A DNA stretch of 57,338 nucleotides from an uncultured Thermoplasmatales archaeon (GCA_964541025.1 CAZIOW010000003.1:1-57338), one strand, 5' to 3'. Shown: positions 9,489 to 19,750, counted from the first letter of the stretch. Numbers and translations: made by a program. Notes: generated from the letters alone by a model not told the origin.

Positions 9489-9869
9489 TTAATAAGTGAA
9501 CGTGGAAAAAACTGATTCGATCTCCTTTTGATAGAAATAAATTTTTTCTTTGATATTAGGAAATGCAGCAGAGGCCATATCCTCTATTAAAAGTAGTCTA
9601 GCCTTAAGTTTAGTTCCTGACGATGATAAAAGAATTTTGCACGGCAGATAGAGACCTATTCTTTCATCAATCTCTATCAATTCCTTTGCAGCGATTGGTT
9701 TGCAGACTTCAAGTATTCTGTAATAACCGATATCTTTTTCAAAATTTTTAATTAATATTTTCTGAACATCCACTTCAGCAACAACGAAAAAACCATTTCT
9801 CTTCATATGTTCTATCAATGCAAATTCAATATCCTCCTTAGAACCTTCAAACTCCCTTTCTGTATACAT
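9489..9869 (-). CDS. DUF302 domain protein
   Basis: 126-aa ORF with the pattern 'GFFVVAEVDVQKIL...YRILEVCKP...IGLYLPCKILL', typical of DUF302. Confidence 0.7.
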   Translation of the reverse strand: MYTEREFEGSKEDIEFALIEHMKRNGFFVVAEVDVQKILIKNFEKDIGYYRILEVCKPIAAKELIEIDERIGLYLPCKILLSSSGTKLKARLLLIEDMASAAFPNIKEKIYFYQKEIESVFSTFTY

Positions 9870-9951
9870 ATATCTATATTTGCGAAGATGTTAATTAACT
9901 ATATGTCATATAACTAGACTGCTAGAATTATTTCTTAATTATTCTCTGCTA

Positions 9952-10022
9952 TGCGAGTGCCGGGATTCGGACCCGGGTTAGAAGCTTGGGAAGCTCCTGT
10001 GATACCGCTACACTACACTCGC
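9952..10022 (-). tRNA. tRNA-Gly (anticodon CCC)
   Basis: Manual fold. Acceptor GCGAGTG/CACTCGC plus A. Anticodon stem GGAGC/GCTTC. Loop TTCCCAA. T-arm CCGGG-TCCGAAT-CCCGG. Length 71 nt, no intron. Confidence 0.88.
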
Positions 10023-10040
10023 TCAAAGGTAAAAAGTGTT

Positions 10041-10051
10041 TCAATATATGT
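10041..10051 (-). promoter_or_regulatory. putative TATA box for tRNA-Gly
   Basis: The A/T element 'ACATATATTGA' (minus strand) is centred about 24 nt upstream of the tRNA 5' end. Confidence 0.35.
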
Positions 10052-10057
10052 AATTAT

Positions 10058-10081
10058 CCTTTAATTACATTTAATTAAAGG
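10058..10081. repeat. perfect 10-bp inverted repeat (CCTTTAATTA-catt-TAATTAAAGG)
   Basis: Read directly from the sequence. It lies between the divergent tRNA-Gly and atp promoters. Confidence 0.6.
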
Positions 10082-10100
10082 AAACTGCCCCCAAAACACT

Positions 10101-10118
10101 TTTATTTAAATAAATATA
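10101..10118 (+). promoter_or_regulatory. putative TATA/BRE region of the atp operon
   Basis: 'TTTATTTAAATAAATATA' ends 15 nt upstream of the atpK ATG. This spacing suggests a leaderless or near-leaderless transcript. Confidence 0.35.
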
Positions 10119-10132
10119 ACCCCCCGATACCT

Positions 10133-10360
10133 ATGGTAACTTTAATTGGTGCTTACCTTGCCATTGCCGCATCCATCGCAATGGCTGGAGGGCTTATCGG
10201 TACAGGTATGGCTCAAAGCGGAATAGGAGCATCCGGCATGGGAGTGATTGCAGAAAAACCTGAAAAATTCGGTCAGGTACTGTTTTTCTTCGTTATACCT
10301 GAGACGCTGTGGATAATCGGGTTTGTCCTTGGACTGATTCTGCTCTTAGGCATACTGTGA
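10133..10360 (+). CDS. atpK: A-type ATP synthase subunit K (proteolipid c)
   Basis: 75-aa two-helix hairpin with a Gly-rich helix 1 ('GLIGTGMAQSGIGASGMG') and the carboxylate motif 'IPETLWI' in helix 2. Confidence 0.9.
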   Translation: MVTLIGAYLAIAASIAMAGGLIGTGMAQSGIGASGMGVIAEKPEKFGQVLFFFVIPETLWIIGFVLGLILLLGIL

Positions 10361-10364
10361 GCTT

Positions 10365-10931
10365 ATGCCCCTCAATGAAATTTTGCAGAAAATAGAGGAA
10401 GATACCAGGAAGGAAGAGGAGAATATAATCAGCGAAGCTAGGAAAAGAGCCGAGGCTATAATAAACGAAGCCACCAAGAAGAGCGAATTGATATACGATC
10501 AATTCAATAAGAAGGCAAAGGAAGACATCGAAAACATAAGAAGAGAAAAGATCTCCTCGTTAACTTTAGAGGGAAGAAACCTGGTAGAAAAGGAAATTGA
10601 AAAAATCGAGAAAAAATACGAGGAAAGCCTGAGGCAGGAGATTGAGGAATTCAAGAAAACAGAGGGATATAAAAAATTCCTTGTAGATGCAGTTGAAAAC
10701 TCTTGGAAAAAACTAGGACCGGGAGCAGTGGTATACGTTAATCCCCAGGATGCTGAGAAAATTAAGGGTAGCAACATACCAGTGACAGTTATAACAAAGG
10801 ATATAGACCCTATCGGCGGAGTAATTGTAACTTCAGGCGACGGCAAGATCTTCATTGATTCAACTTTGACAGAGATAATGAAGGAAAAAAGAGAAAGAAT
10901 CCTCAAGATAGCCAGGAATTACATCAGGTGA
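10365..10931 (+). CDS. atpE: A-type ATP synthase subunit E
   Basis: 188-aa ORF with a long charged N-terminal coiled coil and a globular C-terminus. Its position follows atpK. Confidence 0.85.
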   Translation: MPLNEILQKIEEDTRKEEENIISEARKRAEAIINEATKKSELIYDQFNKKAKEDIENIRREKISSLTLEGRNLVEKEIEKIEKKYEESLRQEIEEFKKTEGYKKFLVDAVENSWKKLGPGAVVYVNPQDAEKIKGSNIPVTVITKDIDPIGGVIVTSGDGKIFIDSTLTEIMKEKRERILKIARNYIR

Positions 10932-10935
10932 GAAT

Positions 10936-12000
10936 TTGCAAAGTGTGTATGGCCTTCCCTATGGAACATTGAAGGTTCAGAAAACTCAGTTCCTGCACAG
11001 GAACGACTATGAAAACATGCTTAGATTATCTTCGACATCAGATTTCATAAATTTTCTGAATGATAGGGGGTACAGAGAAGATTTCTCAGCATATTCACAG
11101 ACCTATCAGGGACTGGAACTGATGGAAGCTGCTAATAACAGACACTTGGCCAGACAAAACAGATTTGCTCTAACGGTAACTCCCCAGAATGGGAAGGACC
11201 TAATAGTATCTTATCTTACAAAATGGGACATTCAGAATCTTAAAACAATAATGGTCTCAAAAAATCTAAATTACAAGGTTGAGCAGACTGAAATGTACCT
11301 CGTATCCGAAAACAACCAGCCACTGGGATTGTTTGCAGGACTTATGGATTCAAATGATTATAAGAATCTCCTGAGCATGGACAGGATTGAGGATATAGTA
11401 TCATACACACTAAAATTCGGTTATGGTAAGGCTCTATTAACCTATCTTGATGATTTCAGGAAATCAAATAATTTATCTACTCTTCTTCTCTCTCTTGACT
11501 TATATTATTATGATATAATGAAAGAAAAATTTAGATTTTATACTGGTTCTGAAGGTCCAATTTACAGGTTCATAAAAAGGACAATTGATATAAAGAACAT
11601 AATGACAATTCTTAGGTTTCTGGAGTATTCAACTAATCAGGATCCAAAAGATTATCTCCTCTCTGGCGGAGGTCTTTCTTCTCAGATTTTGGATGATATA
11701 TCTAAAAGTCAGTCAGTGGAAGAAGTTACACAGAAATTGAAGGGATATTTCGATCTTACAAAGGGATTGGATTTTTACAAGAGAAGGGGTTCGCTTGTTG
11801 GAATTGAAGGTGAATTGAATAGAAATATATATTGGGAATTCCTTGAAATATTTGAAATGAGCTCACTCTCCCTGAATAATATAATGGCTTTCCTAATGAG
11901 AGTTGAAGCTGAATGGAAGGACGTGAGAACCATTGCAATGAGCAAGTTCTACGGAATAGATGAGGAAACAATAAAGATGATATCGATAAATCTGGGGTGA
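10936..12000 (+). CDS. atpC: A-type ATP synthase subunit C
   Basis: 354-aa helical ORF with a TTG start. Size and operon position (between E and F) fit subunit C. Confidence 0.8.
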   Translation: MQSVYGLPYGTLKVQKTQFLHRNDYENMLRLSSTSDFINFLNDRGYREDFSAYSQTYQGLELMEAANNRHLARQNRFALTVTPQNGKDLIVSYLTKWDIQNLKTIMVSKNLNYKVEQTEMYLVSENNQPLGLFAGLMDSNDYKNLLSMDRIEDIVSYTLKFGYGKALLTYLDDFRKSNNLSTLLLSLDLYYYDIMKEKFRFYTGSEGPIYRFIKRTIDIKNIMTILRFLEYSTNQDPKDYLLSGGGLSSQILDDISKSQSVEEVTQKLKGYFDLTKGLDFYKRRGSLVGIEGELNRNIYWEFLEIFEMSSLSLNNIMAFLMRVEAEWKDVRTIAMSKFYGIDEETIKMISINLG

Positions 12001-12005
12001 TCTAA

Positions 12006-12341
12006 ATGGATGATAAAAATAAATTTGGAAAGATTGCGTTTCTCGGAGAAAGGGAGCTTGCAATTGGATTCAAGCTCGTGGGGGTTGAGGATGTTTTCAT
12101 AGTCTCAGAGAATAACCTCTCTGATAAACTCAAGGAACTTTATTTTTCAGGGGCGTATGGATTGATTCTGGTTTCAAACACTTTTATGGACTCAATTGAC
12201 AGGAAATTTTTGAATATTTTGAATACCAGTGTGAGTCCACTGGTCGTATTTATTCCTGTATCGGAGCAGGAAAAGGAAGAAAATATTTCCGAGCTAGCGA
12301 GAAGAGTACTTGGAATTAAATTAGATTTGGGAGGTTTTTGA
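12006..12341 (+). CDS. atpF: A-type ATP synthase subunit F
   Basis: 111-aa ORF with '[22 protein letters not shown]', typical of subunit F. Confidence 0.85.
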   Translation: MDDKNKFGKIAFLGERELAIGFKLVGVEDVFIVSENNLSDKLKELYFSGAYGLILVSNTFMDSIDRKFLNILNTSVSPLVVFIPVSEQEKEENISELARRVLGIKLDLGGF

Positions 12342-12342
12342 A

Positions 12343-14097
12343 ATGGGAAAAATTTTGAGAGTAGCAGGGCCAGTAGTTACAGCAGAGAATATTGAAGACG
12401 CAAAGATGTACGATGTGGTCAGGGTAGGCGAAATGGGACTGGTAGGAGAAATAATAAGAATGGAGAACAATGTTTCAACTATTCAAGTTTATGAGGATAC
12501 GAGCGGCATAAAACCGGGAGATCCTGTCGAATCAACAAAGAGACCTCTTTCAGTGCTCCTTGCGCCAGGAATACTTAAATCCATCTACGATGGTATTCAG
12601 AGGCCACTCGACGTTATTAAATCACAGGGAGGGGATTTCATAAGGAGAGGACTGTACCCTGATCCTGTGGACATGCAGAAGACATGGGAATTCAAGCCCA
12701 CGGTGAAAAAAGGAGATAAAGTAAAATCAGGTGATATTGTAGGTATAGTAAAGGAGACATCCATAATAGACCACAAGATTATGGTACCCCTTGGAGTCGA
12801 GGGAGAAATAACTGATATAATGGATGGTAAATTCAAGCCTCTGGAAACAGTTGCTTATGTTTCAACATCCTCCGGTGTCAAGGAGATCACCCTTGGGCAG
12901 TACTGGCCTGTCAGGATGCCGAGACCAGTTAAGGGTAAACTCCCTCCAAATATTCCACTGATAACAGGACAGAGGGTTATTGATACATTCTTCCCGGTAG
13001 CAAAGGGCGGAACCGTTGCAGTTCCTGGTCCATTCGGATCAGGTAAAACTGTAGTGCAGCATCAGCTGGCAAAATGGGCAGATTCTGATATTGTAGTCTA
13101 TGTGGGATGCGGTGAGAGAGGGAATGAGATGACTGAAATACTCACAACATTCCCGGAATTGACCGATCCGAGGACGGGAAGTCCATTGATGGAGAGGACT
13201 GTGCTGATAGCCAACACCTCGAACATGCCTGTGGCGGCAAGGGAAGCCAGTATCTACACTGGAGTTACAATAGCTGAATATTTCAGAGATATGGGGTACA
13301 ATGTTGCCCTGATGGCTGACAGTACCTCAAGGTGGGCAGAAGCACTAAGGGAAATATCAGGAAGATTGGAAGAAATGCCAGGAGAGGAAGGATATCCAGC
13401 ATACCTTGGAAGGAGGCTTGCTGAATTCTATGAAAGATCAGGAAATTCAACAATTGTAAGCAGCCAGAGCAGAACAGGATCCATAACAATAATAGGTGCT
13501 GTATCGCCTCCAGGGGGAGATATATCAGAGCCTGTCTCTCAGAACACCCTCAGGGTGACAAGGGTTTTCTGGGGACTCGATGCCTCCCTGGCACAGAGAA
13601 GGCATTTTCCATCTGTCAACTGGTTAACAAGTTATTCGCTGTACTCAGGAGACCTCAGGAAATGGTATGAGGACAATGTGTCCCCAGAATGGTTCATTGC
13701 TTACACAAGGAGCATGGAGATTCTGCAGAAGGAAAGTGAACTGCAGGAGGTGGCACAACTGGTGGGATATGATGCACTACCTGAGAACGAAAAGGAGGTT
13801 CTTGATATTGCAAAGTCAATAAGGGAGGATTTTCTCCAGCAAAGTGCATTCGATGAAATAGATACATACTGCTCACTAAAGAAGCAGTTCCTAATGCTCA
13901 GCAGTATTCTTAGAATGGATGAGATGGAAAAATACGCTGTCTCCAAAGGCGTGACAGTTGCAGACCTTCAAGCAATGCCGTTCAAGGAGAAACTGTCCAG
14001 ATTCAAGGAAGTGAAGGAGAAGGATATAGATGCTTATTTCAATGATCTATTGAAAGAGATGGAAAGTGAGATAAAGGGGAGGGCTGATAAACAATGA
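12343..14097 (+). CDS. atpA: A-type ATP synthase catalytic subunit A
   Basis: 584-aa ORF with P-loop 'GPFGSGKT', 'GCGERGNEM' and '[10 protein letters not shown]'. There is no intein insertion. Confidence 0.97.
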   Translation: MGKILRVAGPVVTAENIEDAKMYDVVRVGEMGLVGEIIRMENNVSTIQVYEDTSGIKPGDPVESTKRPLSVLLAPGILKSIYDGIQRPLDVIKSQGGDFIRRGLYPDPVDMQKTWEFKPTVKKGDKVKSGDIVGIVKETSIIDHKIMVPLGVEGEITDIMDGKFKPLETVAYVSTSSGVKEITLGQYWPVRMPRPVKGKLPPNIPLITGQRVIDTFFPVAKGGTVAVPGPFGSGKTVVQHQLAKWADSDIVVYVGCGERGNEMTEILTTFPELTDPRTGSPLMERTVLIANTSNMPVAAREASIYTGVTIAEYFRDMGYNVALMADSTSRWAEALREISGRLEEMPGEEGYPAYLGRRLAEFYERSGNSTIVSSQSRTGSITIIGAVSPPGGDISEPVSQNTLRVTRVFWGLDASLAQRRHFPSVNWLTSYSLYSGDLRKWYEDNVSPEWFIAYTRSMEILQKESELQEVAQLVGYDALPENEKEVLDIAKSIREDFLQQSAFDEIDTYCSLKKQFLMLSSILRMDEMEKYAVSKGVTVADLQAMPFKEKLSRFKEVKEKDIDAYFNDLLKEMESEIKGRADKQ

Positions 14098-15476
14098 ATG
14101 AGAACGTTACCTATAAAACAGTTTCAAGAATAGCAGGGCCCCTCATGTTCGTGGAGAAGGTAGATAACGTTGGATACAACGAACTTGTGGAGATAAGGCT
14201 GTCAAACGGCGAAAGGAGAACCGGCCAGGTTCTTGAGGCAAGGAAGGGACTTGCAATCGTTCAGGTATTTGGGCAGACAACGGGACTTGACATAGAGAAT
14301 ACGTCGGTAAAATTCCTTGGAGAGACAGCAAGGGTATCAGTATCCGATGAGATGATAGGCAGAATATTCAATGGTCTTGGGGAACCAAGAGATGACATGG
14401 GTCCTGTTGTATCATCTGAAAAGGTAGAAATTGTAGGCGATGCAATCAATCCATATTCCAGGGAGGAACCATCTGAATTCATTCAAACGGGTATCTCCAC
14501 AATAGATGGAATGAACACATTGGTAAGAGGACAGAAACTACCTATATTCTCTGGATCAGGTCTTCCGCATAACAGGTTGGCTGCCCAGATAGCAAGACAG
14601 GCAAAGGTTTTATCATCAAGTGAAGGTTTCTCAGTGGTATTCGGTGCTATGGGTATAACATCTGAAGAGGCAAACTTCTTCATAAATGAATTCAGGAGCA
14701 CCGGGGCACTTATGAGGTCAGTGCTATTCCTCAACCTTGCATCCGATCCTTCAATGGAAAGAATAATCCTTCCAAGAGTGGCGCTTACCACAGCTGAATA
14801 CCTGGCATATGAAAGGGGAATGCATGTTCTTGTAATTCTCTCAGATATGACAAATTATTGCGAGGCTCTGAGGGAAATATCTGCTGCGAGGGAGGAAGTC
14901 CCAGGCAGGAGGGGATACCCTGGATACATGTACACTGATCTTTCAACAATATATGAAAGAGCTGGGAAGATAAAGGGAAGGAATGGATCAATAACCCAGT
15001 TCCCAATTCTTTCGATGCCTTCTGATGATATGACGCATCCCATTCCTGATCTCACAGGATACATCACTGAGGGGCAGATTGTTCTGAGCAGGGATATTCA
15101 CAGAAAGGGAATTTACCCACCAATAAATGTTCTGCCTTCGCTTTCAAGATTGATGAACCAGGGAATTGGTAATGGAAGGACAAGGGAGGACCACAGAGGT
15201 GTCGCAGATCAGCTTTATTCCGCTTATGGAAGAGGAATGGATCTAAGAAGCCTCAGTGCGATAGTGGGACAGGAGGCTCTGGGGAAGGAAGACAGGCAAT
15301 ATCTAGAATTTGCCTCCCTCTTTGAGGAAAAATTCGTCGGTCAGGGATACTACGAGGACAGATCCATAGAAAAGACGCTGGACCTTGGATGGGAATTGCT
15401 CTCTACGCTCCCTGAAAGGGAAATGAAGAGGGTGAAGAGGGAACACATACAGAAGTATGGAAAATGGGTGAAATAA
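14094..15476 (+). CDS. atpB: A-type ATP synthase subunit B
   Basis: 460-aa ORF with '[18 protein letters not shown]'. The start is in an ATGA overlap with atpA. Confidence 0.97.
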   Translation: MNENVTYKTVSRIAGPLMFVEKVDNVGYNELVEIRLSNGERRTGQVLEARKGLAIVQVFGQTTGLDIENTSVKFLGETARVSVSDEMIGRIFNGLGEPRDDMGPVVSSEKVEIVGDAINPYSREEPSEFIQTGISTIDGMNTLVRGQKLPIFSGSGLPHNRLAAQIARQAKVLSSSEGFSVVFGAMGITSEEANFFINEFRSTGALMRSVLFLNLASDPSMERIILPRVALTTAEYLAYERGMHVLVILSDMTNYCEALREISAAREEVPGRRGYPGYMYTDLSTIYERAGKIKGRNGSITQFPILSMPSDDMTHPIPDLTGYITEGQIVLSRDIHRKGIYPPINVLPSLSRLMNQGIGNGRTREDHRGVADQLYSAYGRGMDLRSLSAIVGQEALGKEDRQYLEFASLFEEKFVGQGYYEDRSIEKTLDLGWELLSTLPEREMKRVKREHIQKYGKWVK

Positions 15477-15477
15477 A

Positions 15478-16122
15478 TTGGAAACATCCAACATAAGGCC
15501 AACCAGAATGGAATTGCTCCGAACAAAAGCAAGGATAAGGTTAGCCAGGAGAGGACTTGAACTTCTCAAGCTCAAAAGATCTTCACTGATAATGGAATTC
15601 TTCAAAATAGCCAAGGATGTAAAGGGAATGAAAGCAGACCTTTCAAAATCAATCAGGACTGCAATGGAAAGTGAAAGATTGTCAGAGATAATTGCCGGCG
15701 GGATTATGATAGAAAATGCTGCTTATATGCAGCCAGATCTGATGGTGGGAGTAAGTTCCAAGAACGTTATGGGTGTGAAAATACCTGAGGTGAATATAAG
15801 GAAGGGGGAATCATTTTTGAATGAACTTTACGAGACAGTTTCACTTCCCACTTCTCTAATGGAAACAAGAAAATACTTTACATCTCTCATGGATTCAATT
15901 CTGACGATTGCAGAGAAAGAAATATCCATGAGAAAATTGCTCATTGAAATTGATAAGACAAAGAGGAGGACAAATTCGATTGAAAATGTCCTGATACCAA
16001 GACTGGTGGACACTTCAAATTATATTAAGATGAGGCTAGACGAGATGGATAGGGAGATATTCATCACATTGAAAATGATCAAGGGAAAAATGGAGGAGAG
16101 GGAGGAGGTTAAAGTTGAGTAA
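15478..16122 (+). CDS. atpD: A-type ATP synthase subunit D
   Basis: 214-aa coiled-coil ORF with 'IRPTRMELLRTKARIRLARRG', the typical N-terminus of subunit D. TTG start. Confidence 0.9.
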   Translation: METSNIRPTRMELLRTKARIRLARRGLELLKLKRSSLIMEFFKIAKDVKGMKADLSKSIRTAMESERLSEIIAGGIMIENAAYMQPDLMVGVSSKNVMGVKIPEVNIRKGESFLNELYETVSLPTSLMETRKYFTSLMDSILTIAEKEISMRKLLIEIDKTKRRTNSIENVLIPRLVDTSNYIKMRLDEMDREIFITLKMIKGKMEEREEVKVE

Positions 16123-16230
16123 TTTCATAAATGAGAGCCAAAAGAAATTTTTCCTTCTTACAAGATTGTTTTACCTGACAAACATTGCCATTTTTATGGT
16201 AATGCTGGCACTTGTGCTGAGGATGGTATT

Positions 16231-16542
16231 ATGACAGAGGATAATATAGAAATTTTGAAGAAAATAAAGGAAAAGGAAATTGAATCAGAATCAAGGCTAA
16301 GGAAGGCCAATGAGGAAGCTAAGAAGATAGTAGAAGATGCCAATCTCAGGGCATCACAGATCATAAAGAATGCAGAAGAAAATGCCAAAAAAATGTATGA
16401 GGAATACCTGAAAAAAGAAACTGAAAAACTGGAGATTGAACTGATTTCAATGAGGAAGAAATTTGATGAAGAAATTGGTAAACTACATGCAGAAGTATCT
16501 GATAAAGCAATCCAGGAAATGATGAAAATAATACTGGAGTGA
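16231..16542 (+). CDS. atpH: A-type ATP synthase subunit H
   Basis: 103-aa all-helical, highly charged ORF lying immediately upstream of atpI. Confidence 0.7.
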   Translation: MTEDNIEILKKIKEKEIESESRLRKANEEAKKIVEDANLRASQIIKNAEENAKKMYEEYLKKETEKLEIELISMRKKFDEEIGKLHAEVSDKAIQEMMKIILE

Positions 16543-16548
16543 GAATTA

Positions 16549-18486
16549 ATGCTGACCCCTTTAAAAATGATAAGAACAAGGATCATAAGCACCAAGGAGA
16601 ATGAAGAGATAATTCTCTCTGCACTGCACGACATGGGGATAATGCAGATAGAACCAGTGACAATAAGTTCAGAATATCTCAAAAGCTTAGTTCCAGGTGC
16701 ATCATATAACAGAATAAATGAAGTAGCCAGGAAGATAAGGGGTCTTGAAAATATGCTGATTCCCGTGGAGGTGAAGGAAAGGAGATCATTCCCGACGGTA
16801 GCATCGCTCATGGATGCGATTGACAGAATAGATATATTTGAACCAGCGAAAGACCTGAGAGATAAAGAAAATATTATAAAATCAAAGATGAAACTGCTAG
16901 AGATAAAGAAGAGCACGCTGGAAAAAATGGCATTTTACAGCGGGGATGTTTCATATCTGAATGGGAAAAGGGTTGTATCTTTCCTGATAAGGAACAGCGA
17001 AGATTTTAATGAAAAAATAAAATCACTGAACCCAACAGTAATAAAGGGAAATGATTATTCAATAATAATAATTGAAAAATCACTTGAAGGAAAGGCAGGT
17101 GAAATATTCAGGAATTACAGCGGAGAAGTATTATCAATTCCTGAAGAAAATGGAAAGGTAAACGATGTTATTGCCAGAATTGAGAATGAAATGAAAGAGC
17201 TCAATTCAGAATTAAATTCAGTGAATTCTGAACTTAAAAAAATATCTGAAAAATTTTATCCTGAGGTAGTTGCGATAAGGGAACAGCTAGATATTGAATT
17301 AAGGAAAATGGATGTGGTTTCTAAACTTTCTGGGACGGAAAAGACAATGGTTCTCGAGGGATGGGTTCCTGACGTTGACTTCAACCCGATGTTAAAAGTT
17401 TTAAATGATATAACAGACGGTGCTGTTATTATAGAGAAAGTGAAATCAGATGAAACTCCACCCACTGCCCTGAATAATCCAAGAAAAATCAAATTCTTCG
17501 AATTTTTCATAAGGTTCTACTCTTTACCACAGTCCACAGAAATAGATCCAACACTTGTATTCGCCCTAATATTCCCAATTTTCTTCGGGTTGATGATAGG
17601 GGATGTTGGGTACGGGGTGGTAATACTTGGGATATCCCTGTGGTTGATCCACAGGGTTGATCATCCTCCAAAAAGATCCAGGGTTCCAAAGGCAATAGGG
17701 AAATTTGTACTCAGCATGATGAGCCTCAGGAGTTTGAAAACTCTGGGAAGGGCAATGATACCTGGATCTGTAATTGCAATAGTGCTTGGAGTGCTCTTCG
17801 ACAACTATTTTGGTTTCACACTGCCATATCCTCATTTCAATGTCCTTGCAGCTGCTGGCCTGAAACTGCTTCTCTTGATAAGTGGTTACATAGGCGTCCT
17901 AATGGTAAGCGTAGGTCTTGTATTTGGCTTCATAGTAAATGCAAAGCACGGCCACAAGAAAGAGGCCATAGGAAAGATAGGCTGGCTGATGCTTGCATAC
18001 GGAATAGTCATAATAGGCCTCGGAGTCCTGAGGAGGCAGAATATAAATCCAATGGTTAATCACGTCTCTCTGATATCATTCATTCTTCTTTTCGCGGGAC
18101 TGGCTATAGTGGTTTATGCAGAGAAAGCTCAGGCCCTTCTTGAAGTGACAACCATAATAAGCCACATACTTTCATACACAAGGCTTGTAGGCATATTACT
18201 ATCATCTGTCATTCTGGCCCTTGTATTCGATGATATTTTCATGGGTACCTTAAAACACTCAATATTCATGGTCATATTTGGAATAATCATCCTCATAATA
18301 GGGCAGCTCTTGAATCTTGTAATAGCAATATTCGAACCGGGTATACAAGGTGCAAGGCTGATATATGTTGAATTCTTCAGTAAATTCTACAAGGGAAATG
18401 GTAAGGAGTTCAGGCCTTTTTCTTCACCAAGAAACTATACAATAAAACAATTCTCTTTAGAACCTCTGGATCAAAAGAAACCGTAA
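16549..18486 (+). CDS. atpI: A-type ATP synthase subunit I (stator a-subunit)
   Basis: 645-aa ORF. A soluble N-terminal half is followed by a polytopic C-terminal half containing the conserved 'SYTRL' arginine motif ('ISHILSYTRLVGILL'). Confidence 0.9.
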   Translation: MLTPLKMIRTRIISTKENEEIILSALHDMGIMQIEPVTISSEYLKSLVPGASYNRINEVARKIRGLENMLIPVEVKERRSFPTVASLMDAIDRIDIFEPAKDLRDKENIIKSKMKLLEIKKSTLEKMAFYSGDVSYLNGKRVVSFLIRNSEDFNEKIKSLNPTVIKGNDYSIIIIEKSLEGKAGEIFRNYSGEVLSIPEENGKVNDVIARIENEMKELNSELNSVNSELKKISEKFYPEVVAIREQLDIELRKMDVVSKLSGTEKTMVLEGWVPDVDFNPMLKVLNDITDGAVIIEKVKSDETPPTALNNPRKIKFFEFFIRFYSLPQSTEIDPTLVFALIFPIFFGLMIGDVGYGVVILGISLWLIHRVDHPPKRSRVPKAIGKFVLSMMSLRSLKTLGRAMIPGSVIAIVLGVLFDNYFGFTLPYPHFNVLAAAGLKLLLLISGYIGVLMVSVGLVFGFIVNAKHGHKKEAIGKIGWLMLAYGIVIIGLGVLRRQNINPMVNHVSLISFILLFAGLAIVVYAEKAQALLEVTTIISHILSYTRLVGILLSSVILALVFDDIFMGTLKHSIFMVIFGIIILIIGQLLNLVIAIFEPGIQGARLIYVEFFSKFYKGNGKEFRPFSSPRNYTIKQFSLEPLDQKKP

Positions 18487-18527
18487 TGAATTTAAACTAA
18501 TAGTTATAATGATAATTGAAATAAATT

Positions 18528-18998
18528 ATGCATCGTATAGAAAGCACCGGAGTAGGCAGCCTGCTTGGACTGATGGAGATACTTGAGGATATGGATAAAC
18601 CTGTTGATATAGCGAAGCTTGACGACTCGCTTGATGAGGAAAGAACAACTCTAATGAATCTTCTTGATGATGCGGAAAGCCTTGGATTGATATCAGTGGC
18701 AAACGGGGATGTGATAATAACGGACCTTGGAAAGAAATTCCTGAATTCAAATGTTTCCGACAGGAAGAAAATATTGAAAGAATCTTTGAAAAATGTAGAG
18801 CCTTTCAATTCAATCATCAATTATTTGAAATCTTCTGGTACTAATGAAATACAGAAGGAAGACCTTGAAAGATTCTTGGAAGATAATTTCCCATCAGGAA
18901 ATAATGAAGATATAATGAGAGTGGTACTGAACTGGGGAAGATATGCAAAATTAATGAACTATGACAGCGACGAGGGCAAGCTTATATTACTGAATTAG
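18528..18998 (+). CDS. stand-alone AAA-associated (NitT/TauT ATPase C-terminal-like) domain protein
   Basis: 156-aa ORF. 'LLGLMEIL...PVDIAKLDD...LMNLLDDAESLGLI...GDVIITDLGKKFL' resembles the domain usually fused to the C-terminus of NitT/TauT-type ABC ATPases. Recognised from memory only. Confidence 0.5.
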   Translation: MHRIESTGVGSLLGLMEILEDMDKPVDIAKLDDSLDEERTTLMNLLDDAESLGLISVANGDVIITDLGKKFLNSNVSDRKKILKESLKNVEPFNSIINYLKSSGTNEIQKEDLERFLEDNFPSGNNEDIMRVVLNWGRYAKLMNYDSDEGKLILLN

Positions 18999-19750
18999 GC
19001 GGATGACATTAGTTTTACAACATCATCAACTGTCTTGTAAAAATCATCAGATCTGGTATTCCTCGGTCTTGGCAGTTCAATTTTCATCTCTCCAAGCACA
19101 GTGCTCGGTCTTGCACTCAGGACTACAATTCTGTCACTCATCTGGACTGCTTCATCCACATTGTGCGTCACCATAAGAATTGTATTTGGCGGAAGATCGG
19201 GGGAACCCCATAGGTCCAGAAGCTCTTCCCTTATAGCCTGTGCCGAGAAAACGTCAAGCCCTACGAAAGGTTCATCGAGGAGCAGAAGTTCCGGTGAGGT
19301 TGCAAGAGCCCTAGCAATTGATACTCTCTGCTTCATGCCTCCGGAAAGTTCCTTGGGATAGGCCTCTTCAAACCCATCTATACCAACTATTTTGATGTAT
19401 TTTAGAGCTATTTCCTCCCTCTTATCCTGATCTTTTATAAATGGTTCAAGAGCCACCTCTATATTTTTCTTAACATCCAGCCACGGAAACAATGCAGGAT
19501 TCTGGAAAACAACTGAAATTCTCTCATCGCTTTCACCGAGTTTCCTTCCATTCATGTATATTGAGCCCCTCGTGGGTTTAATCAGTCCAAGAAGCATCTT
19601 TATTATGCTGGACTTTCCACATCCAGAAGGTCCTATAAGTGATACAAACTCATTTCTCTTTACAGAGAAAGAAACGTCCTTTATTGAGATCAATTTCTTC
19701 CCTTCTGTATCGTATTCCATCCCTATATGATCGAGGTAAAGGAAGTCCAT
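18995..19750 (-). CDS. ABC transporter ATP-binding protein (NitT/TauT-like)
   Basis: 251-aa ORF with Walker A 'GPSGCGKSS', signature 'LSGGMKQRVSIARAL' and Walker B 'LLLDEP'. Confidence 0.9.
   Translation of the reverse strand: MDFLYLDHIGMEYDTEGKKLISIKDVSFSVKRNEFVSLIGPSGCGKSSIIKMLLGLIKPTRGSIYMNGRKLGESDERISVVFQNPALFPWLDVKKNIEVALEPFIKDQDKREEIALKYIKIVGIDGFEEAYPKELSGGMKQRVSIARALATSPELLLLDEPFVGLDVFSAQAIREELLDLWGSPDLPPNTILMVTHNVDEAVQMSDRIVVLSARPSTVLGEMKIELPRPRNTRSDDFYKTVDDVVKLMSSA

Noticed and set aside
10133-10360. Possible Na+-binding signature in the c-subunit (Gln in helix 1 'GMAQSG', Glu-Thr in helix 2 'PETL')
   Set aside because: The Q...ET pattern occurs in many archaeal c-subunits regardless of coupling ion. 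I cannot register the helices reliably by eye, so ion specificity cannot be inferred here.
12343-14097. Possible intein in atpA, as known for the Thermoplasma A subunit
   Set aside because: The ORF is 584 aa and is contiguous from the P-loop through 'GERGNEM', with no insertion. No intein is present.
16196-16234. 12-codon upstream ORF (MVMLALVLRMVL) whose stop overlaps the atpH start as ATGA
   Set aside because: It is too short, and there is no supporting ribosome-binding site or conservation evidence. It is probably coincidental within the atpD-atpH spacer.
16194-16916. 240-aa minus-strand ORF
   Set aside because: It lies entirely antisense to atpH and atpI. The translation is low-complexity, rich in Ser, Ile and Phe, with no motifs. 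This is typical of a shadow frame opposite Lys/Glu-rich coding sequence.
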